A stretch of DNA of 64,000 nucleotides, taken from the NCBI RefSeq assembly GCF_037042905.1, contig NC_087251.1, forward strand, positions 3,598,001 through 3,662,000, given 5' to 3'. Below the pieces are notes generated by a model. It worked only from the letters and a program-made list of their open reading frames with translations, made no database searches and had not been told where the DNA came from. Position numbers and translations under genes: made by a program. Numbering within the stretch: position 1 is the stretch's first letter; each line of letters begins with the position of its first letter. Source of the DNA: Lytechinus pictus. Lineage: Eukaryota. Positions 38,201-50,046 of this stretch are shown one piece after another.

Positions 38201-40592
38201 TGAATGAAGAAAGGATACAAATATTTTTCAGAGTTTGAATGTGAAATGCCTTCGAGCTTCCCTGCTAAATTCAAGCCTCTTAGTCTAACAGATTGACAGT
38301 CTCGTGATCTCAGCATTTCTGAAAATGATGTACAGTCAACTATCCAAAACACATGAAGGAAGCAGGGAAATGATGTATGAACCTCAACCAGAACTCCATC
38401 TGCTTTTAAAATAAAATTTAAAAAATGCATTTTAATATAAACCAATTCATAAAACTGAAGAAAAAAATCAAATTTTATTTCATTTTCAGTATTTGGTCTG
38501 CTTGTGAAAATTGCTAAAACTTCAGAATAAGTGTGGTCTAAAGCATATATTCTTGCTCAAAGTAGCATAATAGGATGTGGCTGAAATAGTTCAGCATGCA
38601 TGCATCAGGGATGAAATAAATGACTTTAATAAATAGTAAGCATTAAGTTACCTTTACAGTTGAGTTCAATTTATTTCCAATTAAAATAACATTTTCACAA
38701 TGTATGAAAACATAACATATGAGCAAATCTAAACCACATTGTAAAAAGTCTTTCCCATAAAATACATGTCTTTTACTAAATACAATTCAACAATAAAGGA
38801 AAATGCTCACACGTGTGAAACGTCCCGGCAGGCTTCACACTATAGTGTAAGGCACTGTGTGTGGGGGCTAATTAGTCTTATTAGCCTCTCTGTCTAGAAC
38901 GGTAAGCAAGATATTGCTGAGTTGGAGGCCACCGTCTTGAAGAACAGCGTCATGTTCCTTAATTTCCAATGCTTCTCTGACTCTCCGCTGATGCCAGTAG
39001 GGGACAGGGGTGACCAGTCTACTTTCATCCCAGAGGATCCGGTGATCAAGCGTGTGAGCATGATCGATGATTGCAGACTTGTCCCTCTTGTCTCTCATAC
39101 CATGGGTCTTGTGTTCCTTAATCCAAGTGTTAAAGGAACGACCCGCCTCACCGATGTAAACTTTACCGCATTCACAGGGAATTTGCTAAACTCCAGGGAG
39201 GTCCTTAGGGGGTCATAGCTCCTCAAATAAGCTTTAATCTGCCCTCACTACCCACAAGGACAAGCGCAACTAAACAATCTTAACAATTTATTTGAGCATT
39301 TATTTAGGCCGGGTATGCTACTATACAAGAAGTGGATTTTGAAAGGACAATTACATCAGAGGATTTTTTTTTCAAAGAAGGGGGGGGGGGATAAATGAAA
39401 ATAAAAATAAATCACCTTTGAATGATGCAGGAGATGATGATTCTTCTATAAATTTGACTGAGAAAGGAAGAGTAGAGGTCATGACCTTTGTCTCTGGAAT
39501 TGGTGAATGGTCATCTTGGTGTGAAACATCTCCAACAAGTTGAATATCCAATCTAAGAAATAAACATAAAAAAAACACCAAAACACAATAAATTAATAAA
39601 TAAATTAATGAATGAATGAAATGGATATATGCAATATAATCAATATAAACAATAATTAGTACAACAAAATAAATGTTGCTAATGAACTTTCTTCTCATTA
39701 TTAGCCAACCTGAGGCAGGGGGGCAGGGAGAGCAGACTATCCCCTTACATTGTTTCTAGTATTTCATATTTTGGCTTGTTAGGAAGATTTTGACAGGAAA
39801 GTGTTTCCTATAATGACCTCTTTGAACTTGTTCCTAGTTTTCAGAAAACTTGCCACCCTTGATTAGGTTTCCCAGGTATTTCATGGATTCTAATTTTGTT
39901 ATCTTTTACCAGATTATAGGCCTCGATGGTGATTAAAGACAAACCTTTTCATGGTGGTTATGAGCAATTTAGAAAATATAATCAATGGAACTTGCAAAAG
40001 AGCCATGGATATAAAGTTAGTTTCACATGAAATGTAATTTGTAATAATCAGATTTAGAAAGACAGCTCCTATTCATTTGTATGTCTTTACTTTCTCTGAT
40101 GGACATGTGAGGAACAATTCAAAGTCTATAGTTTATTCTAAATGCATGATACATGCAATTTTATACAGCTTTTAGCTAGAGAGCAAAGATTAAGAAATAA
40201 GTGTTTGGTTATTCTTTCCAAGATAAATCTCACAAATGATTTGATTTTCATGATATAATATATTTGTGAAAAAATACATATTTGAATAAATCAAATCAAT
40301 CATATCATATGTCACTGTCTCACTGATCAGTAAACTTGAAATCAAAGCTGTCACTACATCAATTCTGTAAAGTCTTTCACTGTTCCTTCTACATTATTAT
40401 AGTGCTCATGTGTGCTACCATAACCAATTAACCAAGAATCACAATGAAACTGATTCTGTGAGACTAAGCTTACCGTTGAAGGTAAAAATAGAAAAGAACC
40501 ACACATAATATTGTTCCAGCAACTGAAATAATCTCAGTAGAGGATTCACTTAAGAGAATCAGGAGCTCACTGCTGAGAGTAGTCCCTCCCAT
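34847..40592 (-). CDS. CGRRF1: Cell growth regulator with RING finger domain 1, 385 aa. complement(join(34847-35272,36112-36219,37058-37244,38219-38399,39416-39552,40474-40592))
   Basis: Six phase-compatible exons (1158 nt). N-terminal TM (IISVAGTILCVVLFYFYL), GPTPRSKYPLVILM, VIHLPD, and C-terminal RING CIVCQNASITRVIIPCRHACVCQMCLEILNACPMCR match the CGRRF1 layout. Confidence 0.9.
35789..35897. mobile_element. Short Harbinger-like MITE with CAG target duplication
   Basis: CAG|GGATCCGTAACACAAAGCTTAGC ... GCTAACCTTTGTGTTACGGGGCC|CAG. Confidence 0.7.
36112..36219 (-). CDS. CGRRF1: CGRRF1 exon
   Basis: NTMLWVIHLPDTVVTKPLHIISQMLITSQGLVCDVQ; AG/GT bounded. Confidence 0.88.
37058..37244 (-). CDS. 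CGRRF1: CGRRF1 exon
   Basis: FNLGPTPRSKYPLVILMSLHDED; donor gtgagt. Confidence 0.9.
37245..38218 (-). other. U12-type (minor spliceosome) GT-AG intron of CGRRF1
   Basis: 5' site GTATCCTTT; branch site TTTCTTAAC ~16 nt before the 3' end; no polypyrimidine tract. Confidence 0.9.
38219..38399 (-). CDS. CGRRF1: CGRRF1 exon
   Basis: DGVLVEVHTSFPCFLHVFWIV...; phases fit both neighbours. Confidence 0.85.
38812..39220 (-). mobile_element. Penelope-like retroelement 3' fragment (GIY-YIG endonuclease, disrupted)
   Basis: GV*QIPCECGKVYIGEAGRSFNTWIKEH...SAIIDHA...HRILW...RRVREALEI. Confidence 0.88.
39416..39552 (-). CDS. CGRRF1: CGRRF1 exon
   Basis: LDIQLVGD...LPFSVKFIEESSSPASFK; AG/GT bounded. Confidence 0.82.
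40474..40592 (-). CDS. CGRRF1: CGRRF1 first coding exon (exon extends to acceptor at 40687)
   Basis: MGGTTLSSELLILLSESSTEIISVAGTILCVVLFYFYLQR; in-frame stop upstream; donor gtaagc. Confidence 0.8.
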
Positions 40593-41185
40593 CACATCTT
40601 GTACTACTGGTCTTCTGAATCTATACTTCTCATTCCACAGCTTTCAGAGACATGCAGGCAGATAGATAGGTCTACACTTCTCAGGTGCTAGAAGTAAAAT
40701 AAAGTGAGTTCATGGGATAAAAATAGCAATTGAAAAAAAGAGGTGAATTGGTTAAAGATCAATTTTTAAACTGAGAGGTGAATATATCTGCCCTACTTTG
40801 ATGAAAAAAAGAATGTGACATATCACTTAAATCAAGTTTATGAGTTTACATTTTGTAATTTGATTTCTTCATCTTGGCTAAATTTCATAGATATAAAATG
40901 ATGTAATGAGATATTTTAGTTTAACCAATGTGCTATAAATACGTAATTCACAGACACATTTTATTCTTTTAATCAAAATTATACGAGCAAGAGTTAATTA
41001 CTTCCTTTTATCAAAGTAGGGCAGGATAGCTTTCACCTGTAACTTTAACTAAATCTATGTTGTGTTAAGTTCAAAGAGATAAACTTCCCAACGTCCCCAG
41101 AATATGAAAAGATGAGAAATGGCGGCCTGGCCCAATAAAAGTTCCAATTAAATGGGACGTTTACCCTGACAAAAAGTTTATTGTA

Positions 41186-41450
41186 ATAAGTGGAACGCCT
41201 CTGGCAGTCTCGCCTGCATTACACGATTCGATATAGCACCAGTGCTGACTTTGAAAACAGCTATTGAATTATTATTCACAAAAAAAAAAAAAGATGTGTG
41301 CAAAACAATCATTCATATTTGATTACCTTTATGTCTAGACATTTAATTTTATGCCAATTCAATAAATACCCCCAACACGGTCTAAGTTCATTGACATTAA
41401 ATGACCTTTGATCTCGGTCATGTGATCTGGAACATGCACAGGATATTCAG
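41186..41450 (+). mobile_element. Truncated copy of the minisatellite-bearing dispersed element
   Basis: Same head as 42150: AAGTGGA.CGC.TCTGGCAGTCTC.CCTG...ATATAGCA.CAGTGCTG. Confidence 0.75.
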
Positions 41451-41602
41451 GGGCAGCTACTCATGACGTGACAAATCCAAAACTTAGAATTCTAATAACT
41501 TTCTTAATCTTTAATGGATTTTCCTCAAACCTTCATCAATATTTTTTTTTTTTCTGCTATTTTTACAACAAACTTTTCTTCAGGGTGAACTTCCCCTTTA
41601 AT

Positions 41603-41880
41603 GAGGGTTGCATGGTCTAGTGGCTAGAGCATTGGTCTCATGATCGTGAGGTTGTGAGTTAAAATTCTTGCTCTGCCATTGTCTCCATTCTGATAAAAAG
41701 ACTTGAGAGTAATTTTTGTCATGATAAGGTCAGCCACTATGCCTGATTGACTTAGACGTAATATGTTTCCTATGTAATCTGTTATTCCAACTTTCCATTA
41801 TCCAGCAGGAAGCTGTCCTGCCAAGTGCCAAATTCCTAAGAGAGTTACCATAACAGACTCCTTTTGTCAATTAACAATAC
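41603..41880 (+). mobile_element. tRNA-derived SINE, degenerate
   Basis: A box TGGTCTAGTGG, anticodon-arm-like GTCTCATGATC, decayed B box GTGAGTTAAAATTC. Confidence 0.55.
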
Positions 41881-43033
41881 ATCTGTATATACAGCGTGAA
41901 ACACTGGCACTGGTCCGATGGTCCCAGACCGGTAAAAATTGCTGTCGAGCCAGTAACTTTTCAGAAATAGCCAGATATTTGCTGGTCTAACAATATAAAA
42001 ATATATCAAACTGATATAAATTATTTTTTTTCTCTTTTGTTAATGACAAATCACAAAAATGGCTAACATGAATTACCGGTATGTTGTGTGTTTGTGTTCT
42101 TTGCACTATTTTTTTTTTTTTTGGGGGGGGGGGGTTAACAATAAGCAATAACAAGTGGAGCGCATCTGGCAGTCTCACCTGTATCGCGCGATTCAATATA
42201 GCAGCAGTGCTGGCTTTGAAAACTACTATAAAATAGTTATTCACAAAAAAAACATTCATATAATGATACAATACTACTTTCATTGACAATAAATTACATT
42301 TGACCTTGATCATGCGACCTAAGACTTGTCAGTGATACTTGATTACCCCTATATCCACATTTTATAAACTATATCTATAAACTTTGAAAGCTATTACAAC
42401 AATCTAATAATTACCTCCAAAATGACTTTTGACTTTGGTCATGTGACCTGAAACTCGCATGGGATGTTCAGTGATACTTGATTACTCTTATGTCTAAGTT
42501 TTATGAACTAGATCCATTCACTTAGAGTTATGATGGTTATTCAACAAATACCCCCAACATGGCCAAAGTTCATTGACCTTAAATGACCTTTGACCTTAGT
42601 TATGTGAGCTGAAACTCGCACAGGATGTTAAGTGATACTTGATTACTCTTATGTCTAAGTTTCATGGATCAGATCCATAAACTTTCAAAGTTATGATGGT
42701 AATTCCACAGATACCCCCAACATAGCCAAAGTTCATTGACCTTTGACTTTGGTCATATGACCTGAAACTCGCACAGGATGTTCAGAGATATTTGATTACT
42801 CTTATGACCAAGATCTATACACTAGACCAATAAATTTTTAAAGTTATGATGGTAATTCAACAAATACTCCCGATGTGGCCAAAGTTCACTGACCTTTAAT
42901 GACCTTTGACCTTAATCATTTGATCTGAAACTCGCAAGGGATGTTAAGTGATACTTGATTACCCTTGGCCTTATGGCTAAGTTTCATGAACTAGGTCCAC
43001 ATAATTTCAAAGTTATGATAAAATTTCAAAAAC

Positions 43034-44980
43034 AGGAAACCCACTTCCTTGATGTTACAGTCCAGAAAAAGTCTAATGGTATCACCACTACCCTATACTC
43101 TAAACCCACAGATACCCACCAGTACCTCCACTCATCCAGCTGCCACCCCCGTCACTGCAAAACCGGCATCGCTTACAGTCAAGCCCTCAGACTTCGCCGT
43201 ATCTGCTCCGAGGACCCTGATTTTTCCTTCCATGCCAGGAATTTGCAGAAACATCTCTGTGCCAGGGGCCACGGGGCCAGGGCAGTCCAACTGGCAATTA
43301 ACAAAGTTTGTTCTCTCCCCAGATCTGAAGTTCTCAAACCAAAAAGTGACAAGGAGACCACCGACAGAATACCGCTTGTGACCACCTTCCATCCCAATCT
43401 ACCCCCTCTCCGCAAAATCCTGTGTGATAACCACCACATTTTACACACTTCTGATCGTCTCCAACAGGCCGTTCCCGATACTCCCCTTCTAGCATACCGA
43501 CGCCCACTGAATCTCAGGGACCTCATTGTTCGTGCTGAAGTGCCCTCCCTCACTAACCATTCTTCTCCCATACAGCATGGCACCTTCAAATGCACCAGCA
43601 ACAGGTGCATCATATGTGAAATACACCTTCACGAGGGCGATACTTTCACCAGCAACTCTACCAGCCTGTCTCACCAAATCAAGGGCAACATCACATGCAC
43701 TACCACTAATGTTGTATATCTCATCACTTGCAGAGTTTGTAGGGTACAATACATAGGGGAAACCAAGACCACACTCAAGAAACGATTCTACGGGCACAGA
43801 TCCACCGTCAACACAGCAAAGCTGGACACTCGAGTTGGCCGCCATTTTAACCTCCCCAACCACTCCATCACTGACATGATGCTACAGGGCATCGAATCTT
43901 TAGGTACCCGTCCTGACTCAGTCCGTACTAGCAGGGAGAAGCTCTGGATGAGACGACTTCGCACCACCCAACCTCATGGCCTGAACATCCAAGAGGGGAA
44001 CGACTGATTATTCTTTCCTATCCACTTTCAATTTATATATACATATAATTTTTCCCCTCAGCTCTTTTGAATAGTTACATTATAGTTTCTTCCTCTACTT
44101 TCCTCCCATATCTCATACAAGCTCAGCTCCAATTTTTCCTTCCTTATTCAGGCGATATAATAATTATTATATATATATTTTTTTTTCTCCACTCACCTCT
44201 TTTAGATTTACCACATTTGCTTATTTACATGTATACTAAATTACTATGGTTTCTTCATAATACACCCCCTCTCTTCTATATTTGCTTTTACCTTTTTAGG
44301 CAATTTGCTTCCTCTTTTTCACATATACAGGTTTTTTTTGGTTTTTTTTCCTACTATATAGTCTTATGTTTTTTTCCCGTCACACCTAGCGGATTACAAT
44401 ATCAGTTACACCATATGTGTATTAATATTTTTTCATATACATTTCTTTTTTGGATATATTTATATACATATCACTTATAGATACATATTTACACTTACCT
44501 TCTCTTAGTTTGTTTAATGCTTTATCATATATACTTATATGTCTTTTGCACATTATCAGTTGTTCCCCATTCTTTTCCTTTTTTCCCCCTCTTATGCACC
44601 AGTTTATTATGCCTTTCTTTGTAACCTGTTTGACCCACCTCTCACTAATTTTCTGTTATTCATCCCATTATCACTGTTTTGTTCCAGATCCTGTTTGATG
44701 TTGCCTGCCTCATTATCTTAATCCCTCTTGGCTTGAGGCTTTTTACTGGCCTTACTTACACTAACTTCCCTTTGTGTCTGCCTACTCCTTTTCTTTCATC
44801 CCCTTCACTAACCTGATTGGTCTTCTCTACTCACTAATGCCCCTTTTGTCTCCTTGTTTCTAGTGTTGCTGTAGCTTGTTTGTGGTCTATATTATGGTTG
44901 TTCCACTTTATATGTTTGTCATTTTGCCTCCGACGAAGATTCTGCTAGGATCGAAAGCTTAGGGCCCCTTTTTGACTTTC
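43034..44980 (+). mobile_element. 5'-truncated Penelope-like retroelement: RT C-terminus + Cys-rich linker + GIY-YIG ORF (to 44007), long pyrimidine-rich 3' region
   Basis: FLDVTV, YSKPTDTHQYLHSSSCHP, SQALRLRRICS, CTSNRCIIC, NVVYLITCRVCRVQYIGET, RFYGH, REKLW, PHGLN; imperfect ATTTCA.AAAC duplication at the ends. Confidence 0.93.
44926..44966 (+). ncRNA. Minimal hammerhead-ribozyme-like motif at the Penelope 3' end (variant core)
   Basis: GCCT-CCGACGA-A-GATTCT gct AGGATC-GAAA-GCTTA-GGGC: C(U>C)GANGA core, stem II, GAAA, palindromic AAGCTT. Confidence 0.55.
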
Positions 44981-45185
44981 TAATTTCATAAACTTATAAT
45001 CTTAGGTTAAGATTTTGATGTTGATTCCCCCAACATGGTCTAAGTTCATTGACCCTAAATGACCTTTGACCTTGGTCATGTGACCTGAAACTCAGGCAGG
45101 ATATACTTGATTAACCTTATGTCCAAGTTTCATGAACTAGGTCCATATACTTTCTAAGGACATTTTTAATGAAGAGGGAATCTTA

Positions 45186-45655
45186 GGTAACAGTCAATTT
45201 TGCTAGGTTTATTTATTTAATCTGTACTCTTACATTTGGCTTTCCATACTTTATTGTTTACATTCAACTTGTTTATTTCCATTCCAACTCATCTCATCCT
45301 TCTTTCCATCCTCACAATCCACATACATTGTCATGATCTCATCTTTCATTCCATCTCCACAATACATCTCACATAGCAACACAGGTTCATTGCATTTCAT
45401 TCTTTTATTCAGTTTCCCCTCAGTCATGCTTCCTGGTTTTCCACTCCACATGGTCTTCTTGTTTAATTCTCATTAGTGCTGATCTGGACTTCATCGTGTT
45501 AAGTTCTAATTTATTCTGTGTTCACCCTATCTTCAGTTTAATGATTTTAGTTTAATTAAATTAAGGAGAGCTTTGGAGATTGAATTTGCAGGAGAGCATA
45601 GGAGACTGAAGTGCAAGAGTTTATGATTTTGAAGTGTACAAACGGTCATGTTACA
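45186..45655 (+). mobile_element. LTR (~470 bp) of an LTR retrotransposon
   Basis: (T>G)GTAACA ... TGTTACA termini, followed 2 nt later by a tRNA-Leu primer-binding site. Confidence 0.8.
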
Positions 45656-45657
45656 AC

Positions 45658-45688
45658 TGGTGGCAGCGGTGGGATTCGAACCCACACC
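45658..45688 (+). other. Extended primer-binding site: reverse complement of the tRNA-Leu 3' end including CCA
   Basis: TGGTGGCAGCGGTGGGATTCGAACCCACACC is the reverse complement of GG(C>T)GTGGGTTCGAATCCCACCGCTGCCA-CCA. Confidence 0.9.
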
Positions 45689-46780
45689 AGTCAAATGTAA
45701 GAGTACAGATTAAATAAATAAACCTAGCAAAATTGACTGTTACAATAACTAATTTTATCTTCTAATTTTCTTTTAATTTCATTGGCTAGCCTATGGACCT
45801 GAGTTTGATTATTCAGGTTTATTTTATAATAAGGTTTTCACGAATGAACAAAATTATAATATCATTTACATACGGGGCCGCAGAATGATTTTGAAACAGG
45901 GGGTGCATAAAATCACAATCATTTATTATGTCATGTTCATTTTCACTTTTGGGAGGGATCCATGCAGTCGCGCCCCTTGTATTTTATTTTGATCAGTGTG
46001 TCAAAGTAATTTTGATTAGGTGCGTATGACACATTAATTACACCCACCCCTTAAAAAGCGAATAAAAAATCGATTCTAACTTAAAGTGAAGGGAATTAAA
46101 AAGCAAATAGTTATTGGAAAAAGTAATTCTTTACATTTTTTTATCAATATTTCATTTTCGGTGCCATATAGGCCTGCAGATTTTGGGAATATATCATGTT
46201 CCCATGAGAAAAAAAAATCAACACGAACACTCTGAATTCCATGGATTTAAAATAAATCCAGATCGGCTGTGAACCAGCCAAATTTTTGTTATATTTTTAA
46301 TCTGTAGGATTAACTTTTAAATCTCAAATGATTTAAATTCAAATCTTTTAACTTTTATATGTTTAAATCCTATATGGTTTAAATCTTAATCTAATATTCT
46401 GCTGGTCACTATTCACAGCCGAACCTCGGAATTTAGAATGTACACTGGTGTAACGCCAAGAACAGTAATGAGATACCCTTCAGGCCTCTACACAAAAAAA
46501 ATTCATCACTTGCCCTATCGGGCAAGTGATAAAAAAATTTGCTTGCCCGATAGAAAAAACTGCTTGCCCGATTAAAAAAAAAAAAATCTTTTGCTCTTAA
46601 TTATTCTTTTCTGTCCTGGCTGAACTTGATTTACTGGCGCTGCCCTTTGCATTTCTTTTTCTTGACTCTTGTTCAAGTTGTTCTGGCCTTCATTCTTGGA
46701 AAGAAAGAAGAAAACAGGAAGGAAGGAAGAAAGGGAAAGAAAGTATAAGGGAAAAGAATAAGGACAAAATGAAATAAATA

Positions 46781-48583
46781 ACTAGAACTGCAATCGTTTC
46801 CGAACGATGTGCATGCATTGACGCGTCTGATTGAAAGGTCAAGTCCACCTCAGATAAATGTTGATTTGAATCAATAGGAAAAAATCAGACAAGCACAATG
46901 CTGAAAATTTCATCAAAATCGGATGTAAAATAAGAAAGTTATGACATTTCAAAGTTTCGCTTATTTTTAACAAAAGAGTTATATGAACGAGCCAGTTACA
47001 TCCAAATGAGAGAGATGATGATGTCACTCACTCAAAATGGTGCATGCACTGTCATGCATGAATGATTTTAGAAAATGAAATAAGAGATACACAAAAATGC
47101 ATCATGGACAACATGTCTACCAAATCGGAATGAATTTGGATGAGGAGCGGAGGCAGGGGAGGACTAACAAAAATTATATGTTAATCAAAGTGGATTTTGG
47201 TACATTTTGCCCTCCATAGGAAGTTACATTCTGGAGTCAAACATATTTCGTCCATTTTTAGACCATATGGCTGCTCAACAAAGAGAGAGAAGGGAGAAAA
47301 AGACACAGAGAGTGATATGAATAAGCATACAAATTTCCCTGACAGTTCATTAACGTAACTCAGTGTAAAGTACATAACAGAACGATGTGCATGCATAATA
47401 CGTTATGCCATAGACATTGTGTACAATTCTGTTGTTGATAATGTGTGCATTGTGAGTAGTATACCATGTGTTCAGATTGGCTTATCTTGAAATTTTCTGT
47501 TGTAACCTATGTCGTATTTGGTATCACTGGATAGAGCATTCCAATGCGGTGACATTGATACCACTTTTATTTGTGCGCAAGCAATAGACCGGAAGTAAAT
47601 GCCATATAAAGAAAGACATTAAAAATGACAGTTTTGCACAATAATTTTAACCTGACGTCAGCTCTATGTCAGTTTCTGTCACAAACGGTTGATGAACGGT
47701 TAAAGTATATATCAATACTCATATCTGCCAAGTTAGAAAGGATAAGCTTCAATAATAAGGAAATAAGAGCAAGTTGAAGTTGTGCTGGCATTATAGTGCA
47801 TTTTTGCGTATTTTGCTGATTTTCGGGAGCATTTTTCAGATATTTCGTCAGCGGTAAGGTATATATTTTTCTAAATGGCATGAAAGGGCATATCTTGAAC
47901 ACCCTAAATCTAAAAAAGGGTACGGGTTTGGCCATGCATGACGCAATGAGGAGCATTCAAAGGTAAGCGTTTTTCAGACTTTAGAGGGCGCTATTTCAAT
48001 AACGGAAGGTCAATGATGCGTGAAAACTTATTAATATGTATGATATGGTACCAATATCAATTCCTTAAAATATGAGCTTGAAATTAATAAAAACAAGAAA
48101 GTTATGGCCATTTTACGATTTTTTTTACTTTACATTTCAATAAATATGAAGTTTTTGAAGGAAGGCTATTTTGGATTTGAATTTAGGGCATGAAGATGGC
48201 ATTTTAAAGGTCAGGTTATACGTCGCAGATGATGGAGCAACTCTTTGACTATCTATAGCAATTTGTTAGAAGTCTGTAGCATGTAGGATGCGGGAGTTAG
48301 GACGAGATTAGTAATGGTATGCAAATGGACTTGAAATTTACAAAATGGCGCCTTGATGGTCATGCATGAGTGATTTTGGAAAATGGAAGACGAGGTGCAC
48401 AACTAGGGTTGCTGGACAACATGTCTACAAAGTTTGGATGAATTTGGATGAGGGACGGAGCCAGGGTAGAGCTAACAAAAACCATGTGTTAAACAAATGG
48501 GATTTTGTGGAAGAAGAAGAAGACGACGGAATAGGAATACGGAACAAGAACAATGCATTGTCGCCATTGGGCGTCAATGCAAT
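46781..48583 (+). mobile_element. Helentron/DINE-like non-autonomous element
   Basis: Subterminal TGCATTGACGC near the left end and GCGTCAATGCA in a 3' hairpin (GCATTGTCGCC attg GGCGTCAATGC); internal ~120-bp direct repeat at ~47053 and ~48361; A-rich flanks. Confidence 0.5.
46833..47035 (+). repeat. Dispersed DNA-transposon fragment (same family as 14430)
   Basis: AAAGGTCAAGTCCACC...CTGAAAATTTCATCAAAATCGGATG. Confidence 0.65.
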
Positions 48584-50046
48584 GAAAGAAAGAAAGGAGG
48601 AAAGAGAGGGAGGAAAGAATGAAGGGAGGCCAGAATGAAAAAAAAAAAATAATGGAAGGAGAGATAGAACGAAAATAAAAACGAGTGGAAGAGAGAAGGA
48701 ATGAAGGAAATAAAAAAAAGGAAATGTAATAAAGAAGGCAAGTAAGAAAATGAACAGAGAGAGAGAGAGAGAAAGGATCAGGAAATAAAAAAAAGATATG
48801 TAACAAAAAAGGGCAAGAAGGAAAGATAAAAGGATAGAAAAGAAAGAGAGAGGAAAAAGTTCAAACTTCAAGCAAATAAAAACAATCCAATCATATAACA
48901 AAAATCCTAATGATATTTGGTGTTTCTATTATATATTTGTAAAATAAAATAAAAACTAAAATGTTTTAGAAATGAATAAAATACGGGACGTCTGGTCCTG
49001 GCCGAGTCAGTCCGAAGCTTGCATGCATTCAGCGCGATCTAGCTCGAGACTCGGCTGGCGCGATCGCTCGTGTACGTCCGTACATGCGCTCAGAGGGCGA
49101 GAGAGGGGTTTCCCCAGCTAGCTCCTTCATCGATTAGTAGCGCATGCGCACATTGTAGTTCAGAAAGTAAGATGGCAGCCTCCATCGAACGGGACCGCTG
49201 GCGATAAATCGTCGCCTTTTGTCGGTAAATTGGCGCTGATTTGACATGTTTCCACTGTTTTTTTACTGGTATGACATTGTATGAGAGATAATTGGCCGAT
49301 AATTGCAATTTATCAAAAAATTATTAAACTTTACTGTCAATTTATCTTGTTCATTTTCAAAACAACCACTTGCCCGATCGGGCAATTGACTTTGAGAAAT
49401 GATTGCCCGCACGTCATTTTCACTTGCCCCGGGCAAGCGGGTTTGTCGCGCCCTGCCCTGTATACTACTTGCTATTATAATAGCGCATAATCAAAGATCA
49501 AAACACTAACCTATACAAATTATTGTTAGTGATATATTTCTTACAAATTAAAGCAAGTTACATATAGTAGGCCTATATAGAAATAAAAATATTATATCCA
49601 ACGTAAACAAATTGGTCATGAGAACATCAAGTGACGTGAATGAAGGAAATGTGGAAAAGGACGATGCAGTTAAAGGTAGGGATATCCAGCGGAGAAGATG
49701 GGCTAATTCACTGTCTTTTGAATTAATTGTCAATCTTTCCATTAATGTACATTGTATATTTTTATTTTTATCTGATATAGGCCTAATAAATATTGTTATC
49801 TATTATTATCTAAAATAGGCCTAGGCTATAATATAAACAGAGAGGTAAATGCAAAAATTATATAAGAGAATTTCATCCCGAGAAGTCAGGTATAAATGCC
49901 AAATTCACAGCATAATCCTCATGTAATCACACTAATAGTTAATTGAGATGCAATTTGTCATTATTATTTTCGATTGTAACGAGGTTGGATTCTTTTCTTC
50001 AAGAAAAAAGGCCGGAGACGGCATCCCTTTTTCACAGCGTTACAAC

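Larger units (their letters stand above)
42150..45160 (+). repeat. Dispersed element with a ~160-bp tandem array (GACCTTTGACCTT...GTGACCTGAAACTC), interrupted by a Penelope insertion
   Basis: Units at ~42300, 42423, 42584, 42738 and 42901; the array resumes at ~44985-45160. Confidence 0.85.
46481..49455. mobile_element. hAT-like non-autonomous element with CTTGCCCG subterminal repeats and nested insertions
   Basis: CAGG...CCTG ends; CTTGCCC/GGGCAAG clusters at 46508-46570 and 49368-49437; no clean TSD. Confidence 0.55.

Noticed and set aside
38800..38830. Hammerhead ribozyme at the end of the first Penelope fragment
   Set aside because: CACACGTGTG-GAAACGTC is suggestive, but no CUGANGA core is recognisable and it is antisense to the ORF.
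42955..43033. N-terminus of the 350-aa ORF as a real fusion protein
   Set aside because: It is minisatellite sequence that happens to be in frame with a 5'-truncated Penelope ORF, and it starts at TTG.
44067..44721. Hydrophobic ORFs as membrane proteins (also 48425-48901)
   Set aside because: They come from low-complexity pyrimidine/purine tracts in repeats, with no motif or splice support.
45658..45688. Functional tRNA-Leu gene
   Set aside because: Only the 3' ~31 nt is present and it includes CCA; there is no D arm or anticodon arm. It is better explained as a primer-derived copy.
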